Source: a virus
Direction: 5' to 3' (one strand)
UHGV virus genome: UHGV-0312859
DNA length: 40,027 nt
The stretch's first letter is position 1. Each line of letters begins with the position of its first letter. The position numbers and the translations under genes were made by a program. Positions 17,786 to 26,037 of the stretch are shown here, piece after piece. The notes under the pieces were generated by a model. It was not told the origin of the DNA and did not search any database. It saw only the letters and a list, made by a program, of their open reading frames with translations.

Positions 17786-18265
17786 TTACTTTTCCCATAT
17801 AGGTAAAGTATGATATTCACCTATATCCAAGTATGGTTCAAACTGTATATAATAACCGTCGATAATTGTATGAGTTCCGTACGTCTGACGATAACGATCC
17901 AGAGCTTTGCAAACTATTTCTTCTGAAATATCCAGGTATTCTGAAATATCATAAGCATTTCTACAATGCGCTTTGTAGGCTTTTATAATATCTATAAGTG
18001 GGAGCTGTTTGGTATAAGCCCAGGCACGAGCAATAAATTCTTGCTTACGGGCATTGGATGAGTCTTGCTCAATGATCCTGCCTACAGTTGTATAATAATG
18101 TCCCATTTCTTCCGCCAGGACAGCAGCTTTTTCTTTTAAAGTAGGAATATCCTGGCGTATTGCTATGCGGCGTCCTTTACAACGTCCGTCACTGGACTGT
18201 AACGGAGCTTCCTTTACGATTAGATTATTGTTATCGGCTTCTATCAGTAATTCATCGTAGGTCAA
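17786..18265 (-). CDS. ImmA/IrrE-family (DUF955) metallopeptidase-like protein
   Basis: Adjacent to the XRE repressor. Motif region reads LAEEMGHYY, i.e. EEMGH instead of canonical HExxH. Confidence 0.5.
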   Translation of the reverse strand: MTYDELLIEADNNNLIVKEAPLQSSDGRCKGRRIAIRQDIPTLKEKAAVLAEEMGHYYTTVGRIIEQDSSNARKQEFIARAWAYTKQLPLIDIIKAYKAHCRNAYDISEYLDISEEIVCKALDRYRQTYGTHTIIDGYYIQFEPYLDIGEYHTLPIWEK

Positions 18266-18279
18266 TCAGATCAAGCCTC

Positions 18280-19041
18280 CTACTTTCCCCAGAACTCATC
18301 ATTATCCATAAGGTCATCATCGTGCTTCTTCATCTCATCAGTTGGATTTATGTCGGTTCGGTCATGAGCGGCATCTGGCATAAGATGAAGTTGTTCTTCT
18401 TCCATTTTCTGAACTTTCAAGAGACTTTCAGAGTAATAGCTTACTTTGCGTAAATTAGCATCGTTCAGATCCTGAATATTAGAGAATAATGTATCTATTT
18501 GTTGTTCTCTTGGTGTTTTATCGGCAGCATAAAATAGATGAATAGTATTTTTTTCTGTATTAATTAAAACCATGTTGATAATCCGTCTGAGTGCTGCGGC
18601 CTTTTTATTGTAGGATATATCAGGACTTTTTAAGAATTCTATTGCATTAAGAGTTTGAGTTCCATTAGTATAATCAATGAGATTATCTTTAAGCACCTCT
18701 TTAAGTGAGTTACAAATCGCATCGAAAATTTGTGGGCTATGTTGCAAGCTTCGTCCGGTGATTTCAAAGGCAATGCTATCTGCAGATACATATTTAGTAT
18801 ATGTTCCCTCAGTGGATTGTTCCATGGGGACATCGAAGCCCATAAGCCATGCTTCATTGACATTTAATGCCTTTGATAAAGTAAATAGCTTGTCTGATTT
18901 TGGCTGTGTATAGCCAGACATATAGTGACTGATAGTAGATTTAGAAAGCTTCGTTTTTTCGGCTAATTCAGCGGGTTTAATATTAGCATTTGATATCGCA
19001 ATATTAAACCTATTTTTAAATGTATCAACTGGCTTATTCAT
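18280..19041 (-). CDS. XRE-family HTH repressor (CI-like)
   Basis: N-terminal HTH (LAEKTKLSKSTISHYMSG). Divergent from the cro-like gene. Promoter TTGAAC-17-TATTAT on the minus strand. Confidence 0.75.
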   Translation of the reverse strand: MNKPVDTFKNRFNIAISNANIKPAELAEKTKLSKSTISHYMSGYTQPKSDKLFTLSKALNVNEAWLMGFDVPMEQSTEGTYTKYVSADSIAFEITGRSLQHSPQIFDAICNSLKEVLKDNLIDYTNGTQTLNAIEFLKSPDISYNKKAAALRRIINMVLINTEKNTIHLFYAADKTPREQQIDTLFSNIQDLNDANLRKVSYYSESLLKVQKMEEEQLHLMPDAAHDRTDINPTDEMKKHDDDLMDNDEFWGK

Positions 19042-19133
19042 AGTGTGTCACCCCTTCTTTGATATATAATATCAAAAGTGAAACAAAAGTTCAATAGTAT
19101 CAGTGTAAAAAGTTTAAAAAATGAAACTTTGTA

Positions 19134-19162
19134 TTGACAAGAAAATAATGTCGATGTATAGT
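19134..19162 (+). promoter_or_regulatory. early rightward promoter (-35 TTGACA, 17 bp, -10 TATAGT)
   Basis: Consensus sigma-70-like hexamers. Drives the cro-like gene. Confidence 0.6.
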
Positions 19163-19169
19163 AACTATA

Positions 19170-19185
19170 GTTTCAAAATTGAAAC
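19170..19185. promoter_or_regulatory. operator: 16-bp perfect palindrome GTTTCAAAATTGAAAC (copy 1)
   Basis: Immediately downstream of the -10 of the early promoter. Confidence 0.6.
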
Positions 19186-19203
19186 TAATAGGAGGTGATT
19201 AAA

Positions 19204-19467
19204 ATGTGTGATAAAACGGTATTTGATTACAGCAAATTACGTGGAAGAATAGTAGAAATGTTTGGAACACAATGTAAATTTGCTGAAGCTAATGGAATAT
19301 CTGATAGATCAATGTCCTTGAAGTTAAATAATGGGATAGGACTGTCTCAGGATGAAATTTTGAGGTGGTGTAATCTTTTGGATATATGTACAGATGAAAT
19401 TCCGCTATATTTTTTTAAACAAAAAGTTTCAAAATTGAAACAGCATGAGGTACAAACAAATGAATGA
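19204..19467 (+). CDS. Cro-like / DUF739-type HTH regulator
   Basis: RBS GGAGGTG. Divergent from the repressor. Small HTH-like protein. Confidence 0.45.
   Translation: MCDKTVFDYSKLRGRIVEMFGTQCKFAEANGISDRSMSLKLNNGIGLSQDEILRWCNLLDICTDEIPLYFFKQKVSKLKQHEVQTNE
19426..19441. promoter_or_regulatory. operator copy 2: GTTTCAAAATTGAAAC
   Basis: Exact second copy, inside the 3' end of the cro-like gene. Lies 18 nt upstream of the antirepressor ATG. Confidence 0.5.
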
Positions 19468-20206
19468 TTTAATTAAGGTTACATACAACGTAGGTGAACC
19501 TACCGTGTCAGCGAGAGACCTGCACGAAGGGTTAGAGATTGGAACCCGTTTTAATGACTGGTTTCCAAGAATGGCGGAATATGGTTTTACCGAAGGAAAG
19601 GACTTTTACTCAAAAATGAGTAAAACCTCAGAAGGAGGCCGCCCAGCAACAGATTATGATATCACCGTAGATATGGCGAAGCAGATCTGCATGATCCAGC
19701 GCAATGAAAAAGGTAAACAGTACCGTGAGTATTTCCTGGAACTTGAAAAAGCATGGAACACACCGGAGCAGGTATTTGCCAGAGCATTGCGAATGGCTGA
19801 TCAGACCATTAACAGTTTGAAAGATCGTTGCCAGTTTCTTGGTGGTCAGGTTGAAGAGCAGCAGAAGGTAATTGAGGAATTACAGCCCAAGGCTTCTTAT
19901 TACGATATGATCTTGCAGTGCAAAGATCTGATTGCGACCACCGTAATCGCTAAAGACTACGGAATGTCTGCAAAGAAATTTAATGCAATTCTTCATAAAC
20001 TTGGTATTCAGTTCAAGCAGAGAGATGTTTGGGTGCTGTATGCGAAGTATCAGGGAAATGGTTATTTGAAGACCAAGACTCACAACTATCCGGATGCCGA
20101 TGGTGTTCAGCATTCAAAGGAACATTCCTATTGGACGCAGAAGGGACGTTTGTTCTTGTATGATCTGTTAAAGCAGCACGATGTTTTGCCTTTGATGGAA
20201 GTTTAG
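19460..20206 (+). CDS. phage antirepressor (AntA/AntB N-domain plus KilA-C-like C-domain)
   Basis: RBS GAGGT before ATG 19460. Overall resemblance to Ant/KilAC antirepressors. Confidence 0.7.
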   Translation: MNDLIKVTYNVGEPTVSARDLHEGLEIGTRFNDWFPRMAEYGFTEGKDFYSKMSKTSEGGRPATDYDITVDMAKQICMIQRNEKGKQYREYFLELEKAWNTPEQVFARALRMADQTINSLKDRCQFLGGQVEEQQKVIEELQPKASYYDMILQCKDLIATTVIAKDYGMSAKKFNAILHKLGIQFKQRDVWVLYAKYQGNGYLKTKTHNYPDADGVQHSKEHSYWTQKGRLFLYDLLKQHDVLPLMEV

Positions 20207-20259
20207 GACTATATGAGTAGTCCCCATTGAGAAGCTGTTGGAATAGGGGGTGAGGAAAC

Positions 20260-20478
20260 GTGAAGCATTCAGTGGACGGATCAGAGATAAATGCTGCGGA
20301 TAGTTCCTATGCAGAACTCAAAAAAATCAAAGAGAGAACAGCTCGCAATGAAAAAAATGCTAAATGGTTAAATCGTGCATCTATCATCATCGCAAATTTA
20401 GCTGTCCTTTTAACGATTATAGCGTGCCTAGATAAGATAATATTGCTCGCAAGTTATGTATTATCTTGTCTGCATTAA
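20260..20478 (+). CDS. small membrane protein (GTG start)
   Basis: RBS GGGGGTGAGGA. C-terminal TM helix. Its 3' end overlaps the convergent gene by about 60 nt. Confidence 0.35.
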   Translation: MKHSVDGSEINAADSSYAELKKIKERTARNEKNAKWLNRASIIIANLAVLLTIIACLDKIILLASYVLSCLH

Positions 20479-20851
20479 TTATCAACGTGGCTATGAGGGC
20501 AGCGATAGAAACAATAAAAGATTTATTGGCTTTCAGTATAGCAGATACAGAGTTTTGTTCGGCTTTCCGGGCGACATCAAGTGCTCTGGCCTGATTTACG
20601 GAATCCATGAAGTTTAATCCTTTGATGGTGACATATGGAGTACCGGTGCATTGCCCAATAGAATTGCCGTCAGCCACTCTTTGTACGGAATATCCAATAA
20701 TAAGATTGTCAACTACACATTGATGAAGTATTTCAGAAAAATCTTTTTCGGTACATTCTGGAAAAAGTTCTTTTGAAAGGCGTTGACCAGAAATAATAAG
20801 ATTTAGCATTTTAATTACAAGATCTTCGTATTCGGATTTTGTTTGAATCAT
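20417..20851 (-). CDS. DUF2513-like protein with C-terminal TM helix (lysogeny-expressed moron candidate)
   Basis: RBS AGGAGAAG 7 nt before ATG 20851. Own promoter TTGTAT-17-TATACT on the minus strand. Confidence 0.4.
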   Translation of the reverse strand: MIQTKSEYEDLVIKMLNLIISGQRLSKELFPECTEKDFSEILHQCVVDNLIIGYSVQRVADGNSIGQCTGTPYVTIKGLNFMDSVNQARALDVARKAEQNSVSAILKANKSFIVSIAALIATLIINADKIIHNLRAILSYLGTL

Positions 20852-20979
20852 TATTTTTCTTCTCCTATGTACTCGGCTCTGGCGGGAGCCTGCAAGTACA
20901 GTATAGGACAGGAGATAACGAAATACAAGCAACAAGTACATGCTTCAGAGCATACAGATGAAGAGAGAGGGGTGGTGAT

Positions 20980-21129
20980 GTGAAGGAATATGACGTGGTA
21001 AATCAGGTGGAAATTAATGGAAAAAGTATCTGTATGGAAAGCTTAACAGCAGAGCAGCGTAAGCAAATGGTTCAAAAATGGCAGGACCAGATCATGCAGC
21101 CTGTTGGGTACATAAGAAGGACCGCCTGA
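20980..21129 (+). CDS. small hypothetical protein (GTG start, 49 aa)
   Basis: RBS GAGAGGGGTGGTG. An alternative reading exists in the overlapping listed ORF 21078-21356. Confidence 0.25.
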   Translation: MKEYDVVNQVEINGKSICMESLTAEQRKQMVQKWQDQIMQPVGYIRRTA

Positions 21130-21170
21130 GAGCGGCCTTGGTGGACAAGCTTGGAAAGGAGAGAAAAACA

Positions 21171-21356
21171 ATGGCAAAGATCAAGAACTATGACGGTCAG
21201 ACAGACATGGAGCTGTCCTATGTGGCAGTGCAGGCAACCAGGCCTAAGAAGAAAGCTGTGGACTGGGTAGGTATCACGGAGACATTTATAGCCGGTGGCA
21301 TGTGGGTGATAGTCTTCATGATGCTTGGGGCTGCGCTTGCGGTCCAGGTGCTGTGA
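21171..21356 (+). CDS. small membrane protein (61 aa)
   Basis: RBS GGAAAGGAGAG before ATG 21171. C-terminal TM helix. Confidence 0.35.
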   Translation: MAKIKNYDGQTDMELSYVAVQATRPKKKAVDWVGITETFIAGGMWVIVFMMLGAALAVQVL

Positions 21357-21553
21357 TGGCTGTGTGGAATGACCTGTGCGGTACCTGCATCAGGAAGAAC
21401 CGGTGCATGGAGAGAAGCCGCTTACAGGCATGCAGAGGTTACATAAAAAAGGACCCAGGCAGCGGCAACTGTCATAGGTCCGGTAACAAAAAAATTGTAC
21501 ACCCTCATTATACGGAGGGAGAAGGAGAAATGCAAGATGGCAATGAAAATTAA
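21356..21553 (+). CDS. small Cys-rich protein
   Basis: TGATG stop/start overlap. CGTC...C...C pattern. Confidence 0.3.
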   Translation: MAVWNDLCGTCIRKNRCMERSRLQACRGYIKKDPGSGNCHRSGNKKIVHPHYTEGEGEMQDGNEN

Positions 21554-22802
21554 CAAGCTTGAGATCGAGAACGTCAAGCGTGTAAAGGCAGTAAAGATCG
21601 AACCGACAGCAAATGGGCTTACGATCATTGGTGGAAACAACAACCAGGGCAAGACCTCTGTCCTGGATGCGATCGCCTGGGCTTTAGGCGGGGACAAATA
21701 CCGTCCGTCCCAGGCTCAGAGGGAAGGCTCCGCGATCCCGCCAAACCTTCATATAGTCATGAACAATGGTCTGGTAGTGGAACGCAAGGGTAAGAACAGC
21801 ACGTTAAAGGTAACGGATCCACAGGGACAGAAGGCCGGTCAGCAGCTTTTGAATGAGTTTGTGGAACAGCTGGCACTGGATCTTCCGAAATTTATGGAAG
21901 CTTCTGACAAGGAAAAGGCAGGTATCCTGTTAAACATCATCGGTGTGGGAGACCAGCTGGCCCAACTGGAAAAGGAAGAAAAGGAACTTTACAATGAGCG
22001 TACCTATGTGGGACGTACGGCAGACCAGAAAGAGAAGTATGCAAAAGAGCAGCCTTATTATCCGGATGTCCCGGCAGTCCCGGTCTCAGCAGCGGAACTG
22101 ATCCGCAAACAGCAGGAGATCCTGGCACAGAACGGGGAAAACCAGAGAAAACGTGAAAGACGCCATCAGTTGGAGCAGGAGATGCAGCGTGTCACGGATC
22201 AGATCCAGGAGCTTTTAAGAAAGCAGGCTGAGCTGGAAGCGGATCTTAAGATCGCCCGGTCGACCAGTGAGAACCTGCAGGATGAGTCTACCGCAGAACT
22301 GGAACGAAACATTGCAGAAGTGGAAGAGACCAACCGGAAAGTAAGGGCCAACCTGGACAAAGACAAGGCAGAAGAAGATGCCAGGGGATACCGGGAACAG
22401 TACAATGCGCTGACCGCAAAGATCCAGGAGGTACGGGATACAAAGCTGGAACTGTTAAAGAAAGCAGATCTGCCGCTCCCAGGACTGACGGTTGAAAACG
22501 GGGAACTGGTCTACAACGGTCAGAAATGGGATAACATGTCCGGATCTGAACAGCTTAAGGTATCTACCGCGATCGTACGCCGGTTAAATCCGAAATGCGG
22601 TTTTGTACTCATGGACAAGCTGGAACAGATGGATCTGCATACCCTTCAGGAGTTTGGAAAGTGGCTGGAGACAGAAGGTCTCCAGGCGATCGCTACCAGG
22701 GTATCAACGGGTGATGAATGCAGCATTGTTATTGAAGACGGGTATGTGGTGGGGCAGACCCCTATGGAAGAAAAGAAAGAATGGAAAGCAGGTGTTTTTT
22801 AA
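21537..22802 (+). CDS. SbcC/Rad50-like AAA ATPase
   Basis: Walker A GGNNNQGKTS near the N-terminus. Long central coiled-coil. RBS GGAGAAGGAG. Confidence 0.65.
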   Translation: MAMKINKLEIENVKRVKAVKIEPTANGLTIIGGNNNQGKTSVLDAIAWALGGDKYRPSQAQREGSAIPPNLHIVMNNGLVVERKGKNSTLKVTDPQGQKAGQQLLNEFVEQLALDLPKFMEASDKEKAGILLNIIGVGDQLAQLEKEEKELYNERTYVGRTADQKEKYAKEQPYYPDVPAVPVSAAELIRKQQEILAQNGENQRKRERRHQLEQEMQRVTDQIQELLRKQAELEADLKIARSTSENLQDESTAELERNIAEVEETNRKVRANLDKDKAEEDARGYREQYNALTAKIQEVRDTKLELLKKADLPLPGLTVENGELVYNGQKWDNMSGSEQLKVSTAIVRRLNPKCGFVLMDKLEQMDLHTLQEFGKWLETEGLQAIATRVSTGDECSIVIEDGYVVGQTPMEEKKEWKAGVF

Positions 22803-23972
22803 ATGGAGATTATCAGAGGGAGAATGCCAGGCGCGAAGAAAACAGTGATCTATGGTCCTGAAGGGATCGGGAAGTCTACACTGGCTTCCTGCTTCCCGGA
22901 TCCCCTGTTTATCGATACGGAAGGATCTACCAGGGATATGGATATCGCACGTACCAAAGAACCAAGCAGCTGGATGATGCTCATGGAGCAGGTCATGTAT
23001 GTAAAGAACCATCCGGATATCTGCAAGACCCTAGTCATTGATACGGCGGACTGGGCTGAGATGCTCTGCATTTCCCAGATATGTGATAAGAACCACAAGA
23101 GCAGCATTGAGGAGTTTGGTTATGGAAAGGGCTATACCTATGTACAGGAGGAATTTGGGCGTCTTTTAAATCTTCTTACGGAAGTGATCAAAGCAGGCGT
23201 GAATGTAGTCTTTACAGCCCATGCAAAGATGCGGAAGTTTGAGCAGCCGGATGAACTGGGAGCGTACGACCGCTGGGAGATGAAGCTGAGTAAGGGCGTG
23301 GCTCCCATGGTGAAGGAATGGGCCGACATGGTTCTGTTTGCGAACTATAAGACCATGGTAGTAAATGTAGATGGCCAGGGAGCCCAGAAAGGGAAGAACA
23401 AAGCACAGGGTGGAAAACGTGTTATGTATACGACCCATCACAGTTGTTGGGATGCAAAGAACCGCTACAATCTGCCGGATGAAGTGCCGTTTACATATGA
23501 GAGCATCCGGCAGATCCTGGAACCGGGAACAGCCCCGGCAGAGGAGAGGCAGGAGGTAAAACAGCCAGGCCCTGTACAGGAGACACAGCCAGCACCACCT
23601 GTCAGACCGGTAGAAACGGTAAAACATCCGGAGACAGCCAGTAGTAACAAGGGCAATGAAAAACCTGCAGAAGAAAAGAAAGGCATTGCGCCTGTGGAGG
23701 GCAGCAAAGGGGATGTAAAGCCGGATGGAAGATCGGCACTGGATCCACGTCTCCCAAAGAGACTGCGGGACCTGATGATCGCCAATGATGTGTGCGAATG
23801 GGATATACAGAACGTATGTGAAGCCAAGGGATATGTACCGGTGGATACGCCCCTTTACATGTATGAAGAGGTCAATCCGGGCTTTGTGGACGGCGTTCTG
23901 GTAGGTGCCTGGGACCAGGTGTATGCGGCGATCAGGGAAATGAAAGAAAAGGATTCTTTAGTATTTAATTAA
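22803..23972 (+). CDS. AAA_24 (Sak4-like) recombination ATPase
   Basis: VIYGPEGIGKSTLA...FIDTEGS motif arrangement typical of AAA_24. Confidence 0.65.
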   Translation: MEIIRGRMPGAKKTVIYGPEGIGKSTLASCFPDPLFIDTEGSTRDMDIARTKEPSSWMMLMEQVMYVKNHPDICKTLVIDTADWAEMLCISQICDKNHKSSIEEFGYGKGYTYVQEEFGRLLNLLTEVIKAGVNVVFTAHAKMRKFEQPDELGAYDRWEMKLSKGVAPMVKEWADMVLFANYKTMVVNVDGQGAQKGKNKAQGGKRVMYTTHHSCWDAKNRYNLPDEVPFTYESIRQILEPGTAPAEERQEVKQPGPVQETQPAPPVRPVETVKHPETASSNKGNEKPAEEKKGIAPVEGSKGDVKPDGRSALDPRLPKRLRDLMIANDVCEWDIQNVCEAKGYVPVDTPLYMYEEVNPGFVDGVLVGAWDQVYAAIREMKEKDSLVFN

Positions 23973-23989
23973 TGAGGAGGATGAAAGAA

Positions 23990-24433
23990 ATGGCAGATTT
24001 AGGAAAAGAGATCGGCTGGGATGATGCAATCGAGAATGAAGGGACTGAGCCCCTTCCGGAAGGGACTTATGAATTTACAGTGGCATCCATGGAACGCGCC
24101 CATTTCGGAGGAAGCGAGAAGATGGCGCCGTGTAACGTGGCAAACCTGGATCTTCTGATCAAGGATAAGGACGGCAAGGAACACCATGTATTTGACAGCC
24201 TGTACCTGAACTCAAAGGCAGAGTGGAGACTGAGCCAGTTCTTCTTATGCATTGGACAGAAGAAGAAAGGGGAAGCACTGCGTCCTAACTGGAATGAAGT
24301 GCCATGCTCTACCGGCAAGGTGGAAGTCATGATCAATGAATATGTGGACAAGAACGGCAATAAGCGCAGGAATAACCGTGTCAGTCGTTATCTGGAGTAT
24401 GAACCAAAGCAGTTTAAGGCGGGTGTGTTCTAA
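23990..24433 (+). CDS. DUF669-like protein (replication-module accessory)
   Basis: RBS AGGAGGA 8 nt before ATG 23990. Position between the Sak4-like ATPase and the helicase. Confidence 0.35.
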   Translation: MADLGKEIGWDDAIENEGTEPLPEGTYEFTVASMERAHFGGSEKMAPCNVANLDLLIKDKDGKEHHVFDSLYLNSKAEWRLSQFFLCIGQKKKGEALRPNWNEVPCSTGKVEVMINEYVDKNGNKRRNNRVSRYLEYEPKQFKAGVF

Positions 24434-26023
24434 ATGGAATTAAGACCGTATCAGTCTGAGGCAAAGGCAGCCGTGTTTACACAGTGGGACAAGGGAGCAC
24501 GAAAGACCCTTGTAGTGCTGCCAACAGGCTGCGGAAAGACGATTGTTTTTGCGAAGGTAGCGGAAGAATGTGTGCGCCAGGGGAACCGTGTGTTGATCCT
24601 GGCACACAGGGGAGAACTGTTGGAGCAGGCGGCAGATAAGATCAAAAAAAGCACGAACCTGGGATGTGCAACGGAAAAAGCAGAGCAGTCTTGCCTTGGG
24701 AGCTGGTTCCGGATCACGGTAGGCTCTGTACAGTCCATGCAGCGGGAAAAACGTCTGTCGCAGTTTTCGGATGATTATTTCAATGTGATCATCATCGATG
24801 AGGCCCATCACTGCATTTCAGACGGATACCAGAAGGTGCTGCAGCATTTCCCCGATGCAAAAGTGCTGGGAGTGACGGCAACGCCTGACCGTGGCGATAT
24901 GCGTAATCTGGGAGAATTTTTTGAGAGTCTGGCTTATGAATATACCCTTCCGAAAGCGATCCGGGAGGGTTATCTATCCCCGATCAAGGCCATGACGATC
25001 CCGCTGCAGCTGGATCTGTCTGGGGTATCCATCCAGTCCGGTGATTTTAAAGCCGGTGACATTGCAACAGCCCTGGATCCGTATCTGCACCAGATCGCGG
25101 ACGAGATGATGAAATACTGTAGGGACCGAAAGACGGTCGTGTTCCTTCCACTGGTAAAGACCAGCCAGAAGTTCAAAGAGATCCTGAATGAAAAGGGATT
25201 TAAAGCTGCGGAAGTCAATGGTGAGAGCAAAGACCGCGCAGAAGTCCTGGAAGCCTTTGATAAAGGAGAATACAACGTCCTGTGCAATTCCATGCTGCTG
25301 ACGGAAGGCTGGGACTGCCCGTCCGTTGACTGTGTGATCGTGCTGCGTCCAACAAAGGTGCGCAGTCTTTACAGCCAGATGGTAGGACGCGGGACCAGAC
25401 TGTGCGAAGGAAAGAGCCATCTATTGCTCTTGGATTTCCTCTGGCATACAGAACGCCATGAGCTCTGCCATCCGGCGGACCTGATCTGTGAGAAGAAGGA
25501 AGTAGCCCGGAAGATGACGGAGAATCTGGAAGAAACAGCCGGATGCCCTATCGATCTGGAAGAGGCTGAGAGAAAAGCGTCGGAAGATGTGATCGCAGAA
25601 AGGGAAGAATCCCTGGCAAAACAGCTCCAGGAGATGCGTACCAGAAAAAAGAAACTGGTGGATCCATTACAGTTTGAGATGAGCATACAGGCGGAAGATC
25701 TGTCCGGTTATGTCCCGGCTTTTGGCTGGGAAATGGCACCGCCTTCTGATAAACAGAAACAGGAGCTGGAAAAGAGAGGGATCCTTCCGGATGAGATAGA
25801 CAATGCAGGAAAGGCAAATCTGATCCTGGACCGCCTGCATAAACGGCAGGAGGAAGGCCTTACCACACCGAAACAGATCCGGTGCCTGGAAAAATATGGT
25901 TTCCAGCATGTAGGAACATGGACGTTTGAGGCAGGAAAGAACATGATCGACCGGATCGCTGCGTGCGGCTGGAGAGGAGCCCCAAGAGGTGTGGACCCAA
26001 GAAATTATGTACCTGAAAATTAA
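24434..26023 (+). CDS. SF2 DEAD/DEAH-box helicase
   Basis: Motif I LPTGCGKT. Motif II IIDEAHH. Motif VI QMVGRGTR. Confidence 0.85.
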   Translation: MELRPYQSEAKAAVFTQWDKGARKTLVVLPTGCGKTIVFAKVAEECVRQGNRVLILAHRGELLEQAADKIKKSTNLGCATEKAEQSCLGSWFRITVGSVQSMQREKRLSQFSDDYFNVIIIDEAHHCISDGYQKVLQHFPDAKVLGVTATPDRGDMRNLGEFFESLAYEYTLPKAIREGYLSPIKAMTIPLQLDLSGVSIQSGDFKAGDIATALDPYLHQIADEMMKYCRDRKTVVFLPLVKTSQKFKEILNEKGFKAAEVNGESKDRAEVLEAFDKGEYNVLCNSMLLTEGWDCPSVDCVIVLRPTKVRSLYSQMVGRGTRLCEGKSHLLLLDFLWHTERHELCHPADLICEKKEVARKMTENLEETAGCPIDLEEAERKASEDVIAEREESLAKQLQEMRTRKKKLVDPLQFEMSIQAEDLSGYVPAFGWEMAPPSDKQKQELEKRGILPDEIDNAGKANLILDRLHKRQEEGLTTPKQIRCLEKYGFQHVGTWTFEAGKNMIDRIAACGWRGAPRGVDPRNYVPEN

Positions 26024-26037
26024 GGAGTAAGCAGGAA

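Noticed and set aside
22781-24433. Two adjacent replication-module proteins end with the same C-terminal peptide KAGVF (22802 and 24433), suggesting a shared docking tail
   Set aside because: The codons AAR-GCN-GGT-GTK-TTY-TAA-ATG embed an AGGTG Shine-Dalgarno and a TAAATG stop/start junction for the next gene. The shared peptide is most simply a by-product of translational-coupling sequence, not a functional motif.
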